Assembly (NCBI GenBank): GCA_964016885.1
Contig: OZ024754.1
Location: 42,222,001-42,286,000, forward strand
Direction: 5' to 3'
From: Eledone cirrhosa
Lineage: Eukaryota
DNA: 64,000 nucleotides
The notes beneath the pieces are model-generated. The model was not told the origin of the DNA. It was given only the letters and a program-made list of their open reading frames with translations, and made no database searches. Shown one piece after another: positions 53,271-64,000 of this stretch. The stretch's first letter is position 1. Each line of letters opens with the position of its first letter. A program made the position numbers and the translations under genes.

Positions 53271-54879
53271 GATGCTACTATGACTATTACAGATGCTACT
53301 ATGACTATTACAGATGCTACCTATGACTATTACAGATGCTACCTATGACTATTACAGATGCTACTATGACTATTACAGATGCTACTATGACTATTACAGA
53401 TGCTACTATGACTATTACAGATGCTACTATGACTATTACAGATGCTACTATGACTATTACAGATGCTACTATGACTATTACAGATGCTACCTATGACTAT
53501 TACAGATGCTACCTATGACTATTACAGATGCTACTATGACTATTACAGATGCTACTATGACTATTACAGATGCTACTATGACTATTACAGATGCTACCTA
53601 TGACTATTACAGATGCTACCTATGACTATTACAGATGCTACCTATGACTATTACAGATGCTACCTATGACTATTACAGATGCTACCTATGACTATTACAG
53701 ATGCTACCTATGACTATTACAGATGCTACCTATGACTATTACAGATGCTACCTATGACTATTACAGATGCTACCTATGACTATTACAGATGCTACTATGA
53801 CTATTACAGATGCTACTATGACTATTACAGATGCTACTATGACTATTACAGATGCTACCTATGACTATTACAGATGCTACTATGACTATTACAGATGCTA
53901 CTATGACTATTACAGATGCTACCTATGACTATTACAGATGCTACTATGACTATTACAGATGCTACTATGACTATTACAGATGCTACTATGACTATTACAG
54001 ATGCTACTATGACTATTACAGATGCTACTATGACTATTACAGATGCTACCTATGACTATTACAGATGCTACTATGACTATTACAGATGCTACCTATGACT
54101 ATTACAGATGCTACCTATGACTATTACAGATGCTACCTATGACTATTACAGATGCTACTATGACTATTACAGATGCTACTATGACTATTACAGATGCTAC
54201 TATGACTATTACAGATGCTACTATGACTATTACAGATGCTACTATGACTATTACAGATGCTACTATGACTATTACAGATGCTACTATGACTATTACAGAT
54301 GCTACCTATGACTATTACAGATGCTACCTATGACTATTACAGATGCTACCTATGACTATTACAGATGCTACCTATGACTATTACAGATGCTACCTATGAC
54401 TATTACAGATGCTATCTATGACTATTACAGATGCTATCTATGACTATTACAGATGCTATCTATGACTATTACAGATGCTACTATGACTATTACAGATGCT
54501 ACCTATGACTATTACAGATGCTACCTATGACTATTAAAGATGCTACTATGACTATTACAGATGCTACCTATGACTATTAAAGATGCTACTATGACTATTA
54601 CAGATGCTACCTATGACTATTACAGATGCTACCTATGACTATTAAAGATGCTACCTATGACTATTACAGATGCTACCTATGACTATTACAGATGCTACTA
54701 TGACTATTACAGATGCTACCTATGACTATTACAGATGCTACTATGACTATTACAGATGCTACCTATGACTATTACAGATGCTACTATGACTATTACAGAT
54801 GCTACTATGACTATTACAGATGCTACTATGACTATTAAATATGCTACCTATGACTATTATAGATGCTACCTATGACTTT
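53271..54879. repeat. 21/22-bp minisatellite (gatgctac[c]tatgactattaca), about 75 copies
   Basis: Two interspersed length variants. Confidence 0.96.
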
Positions 54880-54938
54880 TAAATAATTTCTAAAATAATC
54901 AAAAAACGTTGCAGTTTTTTTAGATAAAAATAAACACT

Positions 54939-55164
54939 TTAACCCTTTAACATTGCATTACTCTGTATTTACTATTGTTTTTTCCCGGTAAAAGCTTTAC
55001 CTCACTTAATTATCTCACTTAATAACGATTCTATGAGATTTTGATATTATTTATTTTGAGAACAATACTTTAACATCAGTATGAGTGGCCAGTTACAGCC
55101 GGTTTGAACGGAAAAAGGTGAGAATTCTGGCCGGATATGGCCAGTTTAAATGCTAAAGAGTTAA
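54939..55164 (+). mobile_element. piggyBac-type MITE A
   Basis: TTAACCCTTTA...GCTAAAGAGTTAA. Confidence 0.8.
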
Positions 55165-55629
55165 AATAATTAGTGTTGTATAAAAGAACCAGGGATAGAT
55201 TGGTGTTCAAAGGGTTACAGACGTGTATACACACAGACGTGTATACACACAGATGTGTATACACATAGATGTGTATACAATATACTCTACACGCACATTT
55301 GGTAGAACATTGAGTGTACACACACATATTATACATACATATATACACATACATATCATGCATACTCATACACACACCATGTATATATATACACACACAT
55401 AACAGGTGCCCTCTTTCCCTGTACCAAATTCACTCACAAAACATGTTTGCCCATGGCTATAGTAAACACAAATTATGTGGTTGTCTCTATCTGTGTATGT
55501 GACTAAGTGTGTGTCTGTGTGTGTAAGAAAATATTACTGTGCCAAATGTTTCCACACCATTCAATTGAAAAGTCCTGCAGCTAATGTGTAATACATATCA
55601 AAGCTAACTGTTATTTATTTGGCAAAATA

Positions 55630-56150
55630 TGTGGCCTTGTGGTTAGAATGTTGAATTCTTGATCATAAGGACTTGTGTTTGATTCCTGGTCTGGGAATTA
55701 TGTTGTGTTCTTGAGGGAGATATTTCATTCTATAGTGGAACAGGTCCCTATCATGAAAACACTTAAGAAACATCCTATAAGGTGCAACCTCATAAGAGGC
55801 CAGCTAAGCCAGGTGTAAAGTGTAACAATACTGAGGACCTTATTAAAACACTTAAGGAACTTACAATGGGGTACGACCTCATAGGAAGCCAGCTAAGCCA
55901 GGTGTAAAGTATAGAAGTACTGAGGCCCCAATCATTAAAACATTTAAGGAACATCCTATGAGATGTAACTTCATAAGAAGCTAGCTAAACCTGCATAGGT
56001 GTAAAGTGTAACACTGAGAGCCCTTAACATTAAAACACTGAGAGCCCTTAACATTAGAACACTGTGACCCCAAACATTAGAACACTGTGACCCCTAACAT
56101 TAAAACTCTGAAGGAACCTCCTTGTAGGGAGCCATCTAAAGACAGGTTTC
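55630..56150 (+). mobile_element. tRNA/CORE-like SINE with tandemly amplified 3' units
   Basis: tggccttgtggttaga (A box), gtttgattcc (B-box-like), repeated cctcatagg.agccagctaa units as at 17900-18275. Confidence 0.6.
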
Positions 56151-57202
56151 AGATATAAATTTCATTTTTCATTTCCAAATATTTGACTTCTTCTCAACCC
56201 CCCCCCCCTCCTTTTCAGAGTCTGTAAATTACTGCCACTCATTCATCTGCTGAAATTAGCTTAACGAATGTACACAGATATAATTAGCCTCTTGATAACC
56301 ATTCTATCTGGCCAAACTAATCTATATTGCTTCACTGATTATCTAGAACAAATGAATGACTTCGTGTGGCTGTGTGTGTGTGTGTCTGTGTATCTGTGTG
56401 TGTGACTGTGTCTGTCTGTGTATATGTGTATGTCTGTGTCTCTGTATGTCTATGTATATGTATGTCTCTGTGTGGCTGTGCATGTGTGTGTATCTGTATA
56501 TGTGTGTGTGACTGTGTCTGTCTGTGTATATGTGTATGTCTGTGTCTCTGTATGTCTATGTATATGTATGTCTGTGTGACTGTGTGTGTCTGTGCATGTG
56601 TGTGTATCTGTATATGAGTGTGTGACTGTCTGTCTGTGTATATGTGTATGTCTGTGTCTCTGTATGTCTATGTATGTGTATGTCTCTGTGTGACTGTGTG
56701 CCTATGTCTGTGTGTGCCTCTGTCTATGTATGTCTGTGACTGTGTGTGTGTCTGTCTGTGTATATGTGTGTCTATGTGTCTGTCTGTGTGTGCCTCTATG
56801 TATGTCTGTGTATATGTGTGTCTATGTGTATGTCTGTGTGCCTCTATGTATGTTTGTGTATGTGTATGTGTGTCTATGTGTGTGTCTGTGTGTGCCTCTG
56901 TCTATGTATGTGTGTGTCTGTGTGTGCCTCTGTCTATGTATGCCTCTGTCTATGTATGTTTGTGTATGTGTATGTGTGTCTGTGTGTGCCTCTGTCTATG
57001 TATGTCTGTATGTATGTGTGTCTATATATATGTATGTCTATGTATGCGTCTGTCAGTCTGAAAGCGGAATTAACTATTGTTGTTCAAAGTTAAATGGATT
57101 TAATTCTTTATTTGTAACCTTCGCTTAAGTCATCACTTTTTTTTTTATTGAACCATATATATATATATGTATATGTTTCTATATATATATATATATATAT
57201 AT

Positions 57203-57249
<47 letters not shown>

Positions 57250-57261
57250 TATGTATGTATG

Positions 57262-57420
57262 TAAAAGGTAAACAGAAATAACAACACAATCAGTACAGTA
57301 TATGGAAGGGATATATTAGGTTAACGCTTGATATAGCAGGAAGAGGGGCTTAACGTTTCGGACGCTAGTCCTTCATCAGAAGAAAGAATGAGAAATAAGA
57401 TAGATTGAGGGGACAGGCGG

Positions 57421-57422
<2 letters not shown>
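57262..57422 (-). mobile_element. Penelope-like terminal fragment carrying a hammerhead
   Basis: Homologous to 25866-26050. Confidence 0.7.
57349..57382 (-). ncRNA. Minimal (dimer-type) hammerhead ribozyme motif
   Basis: Minus strand CTT-CTGATGA-a-GGACtagcGTCC-GAAACGTT^AAG; palindromic AACGTT stem III. Confidence 0.7.
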
Positions 57423-57466
<44 letters not shown>

Positions 57467-57571
57467 ATATTGATGTGTGGCAGTGAGAGTAAGTACCTTA
57501 TTTGTGATTCCATTCCATTCCTCTTCAGAAAACCATTCTTAATAATAATTAGAATATGTGTGTGTGTGTGT

Positions 57572-57762
57572 GTAAAGTGGTGGTGATAGGAAGGGCATCC
57601 AGATGTAGAAATTTTGCTAAACAAAGGGTTGCGAGGACCCTCAGTAGTGTCAAAGGCATGGCGACCTGTTCTGCGCACTCAATGGAACCTGAGACTGTAC
57701 ATAAGCGAGACACAGATCCCTGGCCTGTCTGGGAGATCAATGGCTCTGCTTCAGTATTGATG
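57572..57762 (+). mobile_element. SINE 3' body preceding the 39-bp array
   Basis: gtaaagtggtggtgataggaagggcatccagatgtagaaa matches the SINE at 13834-14172. Confidence 0.7.
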
Positions 57763-60030
57763 GTTGTCTATGGACCCATCCAACCCTTGCTAGCAGGGAA
57801 AGCTGTCTATGGACCCATCCAACCCTTGCTAGCAGGGAAAGCTGTCTATGGACCCATCCAACCCTTGCTGGCAGGGAAAGCTGTCTATGGACCCATCCAA
57901 CCCTTGCTAGCAGGGAAAGCTGTCTATGGACCCATCCAACCCTTGCTGGCAGGGAAAGCTGTCTATGGACCCATCCAACCCTTGCTAGCAGGGAAAGCTG
58001 TCTATGGACCCATCCAACCCTTGCTGGCAGGGAAAGCTGTCTATGGACCCATCCAACCCTTGCTAGCAGGGAAAGCTGTCTATAGACCCATCCAACCCTT
58101 GCTGGCAGGGAAAGCTGTCTATGGACCCATCCAACCCTTGTTAGCAGGGAAAGCTGTCTATGGACCCATCCAACCCTTGCTGGCAGGGAAAGCTGTCTAT
58201 GGACCCATCCAACCCTTGCTGGCAGGGAAAGCTGTCTATGGACCCATCCAACCCTTGCTGGCAGGGAAAGCTGTCTATGGACCCATCCAACCCTTGCTAG
58301 CAGGGAAAGCTGTCTATGGACCCATCCAACCCTTGCTGGCAGGGAAAGCTGTCTATGGACCCATCCAACCCTTGCTGGCAGGGAAAGCTGTCTATGGACC
58401 CATCCAGCCCTTGCTAGCAGGGAAAGCTGTCTATGGACCCATCCAACCCTTGCTGGCAGGGAAAGCTGTCTCTGGACCCATCCAACCCTTGCTGGCAGGG
58501 AAAGCTGTCTATGGACCCATCCAACCCTTGCTGGCAGGGAAAGCTGTCTATGGACCCATCCAGCCCTTGCTGGCAGGGAAAGCTGTCTATGGACCCATCC
58601 AACCCTTGCTGGCAGGGAAAGCTGTCTATGGACCCATCCAACCCTTGCTAGCAGGGAAAGCTGTCTATGGACCCATCCAACCCTTGCTGGCAGGGAAAGC
58701 TGTCTATGGACCCATCCAACCCTTGCTGGCAGGGAAAGCTGTCTATGGACCCATCCAGCCCTTGCTAGCAGGGAAAGCTGTCTATGGACCCATCCAACCC
58801 TTGCTAGCAGGGAAAGTTGTCTATGGACCCATCCAACCCTTGCTGGCAGGGAAAGCTGTCTATGGACCCATCCAACCCTTGCTAGCAGGGAAAGTTGTCT
58901 ATGGACCCATCCAACCCTTGCTGGCAGGGAAAGCTGTCTATGGACCCATCCAACCCTTGCTAGCAGGGAAAGCTGTCTATGGACCCATCCAACCCTTGCT
59001 GGCAGGGAAAGCTGTCTATGGACCCATCCAACCCTTGCTAGCAGGGAAAGCTGTCTATGGACCCATCCAACCCTTGCTGGCAGGGAAAGCTGTCTATGGA
59101 CCCATCCAACCCTTGCTAGCAGGGAAAGCTGTCTATGGACCCATCCAACCCTTGCTGGCAGGGAAAGCTGTCTATAGACCCATCCAACCCTTGCTGGCAG
59201 GGAAAGCTGTCTATGGACCCATCCAGCCCTTGCTGGCAGGGAAAGCTGTCTATGGACCCATCCAACCCTTGCTAGCAGGGAAAGCTGTCTATGGACCCAT
59301 CCAACCCTTGCTAGCAGGGAAAGCTGTCTATGGACCCATCCAACCCTTGCTAGCAGGGAAAGCTGCCTCTGGACCCATCCAACCCTTGCTGGCAGGGAAA
59401 GCTGTCTATGGACCCATCCAACCCTTGCTGGCAGGGAAAGCTGTCTATGGACCCATCCAACCCTTGCTGGCAGGGAAAGCTGTCTATGGACCCATCCAAC
59501 CCTTGCTGGCAGGGAAAGCTGTCTATGGACCCATCCAACCCTTGCTGGCAGGGAAAGCTGTCTATGGACCCATCCAACCCTTGCTGGCAGGGAAAGTTGT
59601 CTATGGACCCATCCAACCCTTGCTGGCAGGGAAAGCTGTCTATGGACCCATCCAACCCTTGCTGGCAGGGAAAGCTGTCTATGGACCCATCCAACCCTTG
59701 CTGGCAGGGAAAGCTGTCTATGGACCCATCCAACCCTTGCTGGCAGGGAAAGCTGTCTATGGACCCATCCAACCCTTGCTGGCAGGGAAAGCTGTCTATG
59801 GACCCATCCAACCCTTGCTGGCAGGGAAAGCTGTCTATGGACCCATCCAACCCTTGCTGGCAGGGAAAGCTGTCTATGGACCCATCCAACCCTTGCTGGC
59901 AGGGAAAGCTGTCTATGGACCCATCCAACCCTTGCTGGCAGGGAAAGCTGTCTATGGACCCATCCAACCCTTGCTAGCAGGGAAAGCTGTCTATGGACCC
60001 ATCCAACCCTTGCTAGCAGGGAAAGTTGCT
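57763..60030 (+). repeat. 39-bp minisatellite (gctgtctatggacccatccaacccttgctrgcagggaaa), about 58 copies, derived from the SINE/RTE tail
   Basis: Unit matches ggacctgtccaacccatgcaagctgggaaa (17550-17580); no indels, which produces the 841-aa ORF. Confidence 0.95.
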
Positions 60031-60471
60031 GTTAAAACTGTTTTATGTTTAGTCATGAAACTTAATGACAACACTGTCTGATGTAAGAGACAGTGTATGA
60101 TACTGTCTCTAGTGGTAATAGTGGTGGTGGTGACATGGTGGTGGTGGTGTGGTGAGGGTAGTTGTTTGTATTGGTGGCAGTAGTGTAGGGTGTGTTTGTG
60201 GTGGTGGCAGTTGTGGTGATGGTTGTAGTGGTGGTGGTGGTGGCAGTGAAGTGGTGTCTAATGGCAGCAGTATCATCAACATCTCCTCCTCCTTCAGTCT
60301 TGAGTGTTTTACATGTTAAACCACTTCCTTCCTTCTCACACACTATTAACAGTCCAAACATGTCTATAAATGTCATATTCTGTTACATGATAGGCTCCCT
60401 AAAGACAAAAACAACCACTGGTGTCTGCCCCCCCCCCCTCCTCGTTCAAGCTATTTTGTCATCATTTAAAC

Positions 60472-60838
60472 CAATCCTGGGCAAACTGCAGCCTGTGAGC
60501 CAACTGTGGCCCGTTTGGCTTTCTCAATAGCTCACCCCATTTCAAAATTTCTTTGAATCTTTTAGTTGCAAGGCCCACTTTATAAAGAGCCACACCATAT
60601 GTGGCCCACCTTATGATGAGCCACATCCTATGTGGCCCACCTGATAAAGAGCCACACCATATGTGGCCCACGTTATGATGAGCCACATCCTATGTGGCCC
60701 ACCTGATAAAGAGCCACATCCTATGTGGCCCACCTTATGATGAGCCACATCCCATGTGGCTCACCCTATGATGAGCCACATCCCATGTGGCTCACCCTAT
60801 GATGAGCCACATCCTATGTGGTCCAGCTTATGATGAGA
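60472..60838. mobile_element. hAT-type MITE (opposite orientation to 44832-45008) with internal ~31-bp tandem expansion
   Basis: caatcctgggcaaac terminus; repeated gtggcccaccttatgatgagccacatcctat. Confidence 0.7.
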
Positions 60839-60840
60839 TA

Positions 60841-61110
60841 CCCCTTTAGCATTTACATTACTCTACTATTGTAGTTTTGCAGTAAAGGCCTTATCTCACC
60901 TAATTACCTCACATAATATCAAATCTACGAGATTTTGGTGATGTTATTATTTATTTTGAGCACAAAACCTTAACATCAGTATAAGCAGCTGGTTATGGCC
61001 AGTTTGAATAGATAGAGGTGAGAGAATTCTGGCTGGCTATGGCCAGTTTAATGGGTTAGGGGTGAGAGAATTCTGGCTGGATACGGCCAGTTTAAATGTT
61101 AATGGGTTAA
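60841..61110 (+). mobile_element. piggyBac-type MITE A with duplicated right end
   Basis: ccctttagcattt start; two agagaattctggctgg...gggtta ends. Confidence 0.8.
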
Positions 61111-61761
61111 TGTACTAAAAATAGTTTTAACAGGCACGTCTTTAGTTTCTCAAGTAATTACCATTCCAAAGATATAAAACTGAAGATAAGAGGAGTCTAC
61201 TCACATATCTAGGGAGCTTTTATTTATATAATACATCTATAGCATCATACCATTACACCATTTCTACCTCAGAATGTTTAGATGATTGATTCCACCCATG
61301 CTATAATTTACTGAATTCTTGAAATTATTTGATTAAATTACTTTTTCCATTCTCTCCTCCTACACTTTCTACAATTAATACTCTTGAGAGTCAAATCTTG
61401 ACTTTAACAACAACTATTGATCTATATTTAGCAAGTTTACTGACCTGGAAAACTTTCATCAGTTGCAACACACTTTTCTTTAGCAATGCTGCTGTTGTTG
61501 TTTTTTATATATTTTCTTTTACATTACTTGTTAAAATTTTATCTTTGTTATAGAATGTTATTATAGGCTAATCTCTATTCCCTAAATTAAATCTATAGAG
61601 AAATGTGTGGTTGTTGTTGTTAGAATTTTTATTCCGTTCCCTCAGCAGTAGATTGTAGCAAATGATTTTAAATTATTTTCAATTATGGTTGAATCTACTG
61701 GGATGAGTGCTTCTATCATTAAATATATATTGTGATGTGTATATATATATATAGATATATT

Positions 61762-62105
61762 ATCATCATCATCATCATCATTTTACGTCTGCTTTTCGCT
61801 GCTTGCAAGGGTGGGACAGCAACTGATTCTGGCTTGATTTCTACAGCTGGATGCCCTTCCTAACACCAACCTCATTTACAGTGAGTGCTGGGTGCTTTTT
61901 TTTTTTTTGTGGCACCTCCACGACCGCTTTGCAGTGGAATGATAGGGACCCCAGTCCTGTCATCTCATTTCTACAGCTGAGTAAACTGGAGCAATGTGAA
62001 ATAAAGTCTCTTGCTCAAGGAAACAACACATCACCCGGTCTGAGAATTGAACTCACAACCTTTCGATTGCAAGGCCAATGCTCTAACAACTAAGCCATGT
62101 GCCTC
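61762..62105 (-). mobile_element. Full-length SINE, same family as 13834-14172
   Basis: Near-identical head, body and (GAT)n tail. Confidence 0.85.
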
Positions 62106-62115
62106 CATATATAAT

Positions 62116-62960
<845 letters not shown>

Positions 62961-63254
62961 TCGTATGTTTTATAGTAACCAGTCGCAGTACTATATTAGT
63001 AGCCAAAATGAAGTCATCTAGAGACGTAGATGAGTGAATTAAGAAAATAAAAGTTGAAAGTGAAGCACTTAAGAGTTAAAAATATTGGCAGTGAGATGGA
63101 AATAACGAGAAATGTGTTGTCTTCATAATTATATTCTTAGATGGAATTAAAACTGAAAAAAACAACAGTATTTTATTTCAGTCATAATATCTTTCACTTG
63201 ATATCTTCCTCTTCAACCACTTATTCCTGAGAGGGTCGTTGGAGCAGTGTCCTG

Positions 63255-64000
63255 AAACACTCCTTCCAGCAGGTCCTCACACACTCCTTCCAGCAGGTCC
63301 TCACACACTCCTTCCAGCAGGTCCTCACACACTCCTTTCAGCAGGTCCTCACACACTCCTTCTAGCAGGTCCTCACACACTCCTTCTAGCAGGTCCTCAA
63401 ACACTCCTTTCAGCAGGTCCTCACACACTCCTTCTAGCAGGTCCTCACACACTCCTTCTAGCAGGTCCTCACACACTCCTTCCAGCAGGTCCTCACACAC
63501 TCCTTCTAGCAGGTCCTCACACACTCCTTCTAGCAGGTCCTCACACACTCCTTCTAGCAGGTCCTCAAACACTCCTTTCAGCAGGTCCTCAAACACTCCT
63601 TCCAGCAGGTCCTCACACACTCCTTTCAGCAGGTCCTCACACACTCCTTCCAGCAGGTCCTCACACACTCCTTTCAGCAGGTCCTCACACACTCCTTCCA
63701 GCAGGTCCTCACACACTCCTTCCAGCAGGTCCTCACACACTCCTTTCAGCAGGTCCTCAAACACTCCTTTCAGCAGGTCCTCACACACTCCTTCCAGCAG
63801 GTCCTCACACACTCCTTCCAGCAGGTCCTCACACACTCCTTCCAGCAGGTCCTCAAACACTCCTTTCAGCAGGTCCTCAAACACTCCTTTCAGCAGGTCC
63901 TCACACACTCCTTCCAGCAGGTCCTCAAACACTCCTTCCAGCAGGTCCTCAAACACTCCTTCCAGCAGGTCCTCACACACTCCTTTCAGCAGGTCCTCAC
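63255..64000. repeat. 24-bp minisatellite (acactccttccagcaggtcctcac), runs off the window edge
   Basis: About 31 tandem copies. Confidence 0.95.

Noticed and set aside
63213-63980. EDLLEGVC repeat ORF
   Set aside because: 24-bp minisatellite; no non-repetitive coding evidence visible, although the array is cut by the window edge

Overview
AT-rich, repeat-dominated eukaryotic DNA. The SINE/MITE repertoire and dense (TA)/(CA)/(GA) microsatellites suggest a cephalopod (Octopus-like) genome, which is my inference. It reads as part of a gene with very long introns. Only one convincing protein-coding exon is visible (23678-23786, +, Pro-rich, possibly Ena/VASP-like), and nearly all long ORFs in the track are artefacts of micro/minisatellites. 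Mobile DNA includes tRNA-derived SINEs of at least two families, about a dozen TTAA-flanked piggyBac-type MITEs, hAT-type MITEs, RTE-clade LINE 3' ends and an R4/Dong-like RLE retrotransposon remnant. The most interesting signal is RNA-structural: type I hammerhead ribozyme motifs of four distinct sequence families, typical of Penelope-like element termini. One family is a ~190-bp non-coding element (4 copies) built as an inverted pair of hammerhead arms, with copy-specific variants shared by both arms and compensatory stem I changes between copies. Several large minisatellites are visibly amplified from SINE/LINE/MITE termini.
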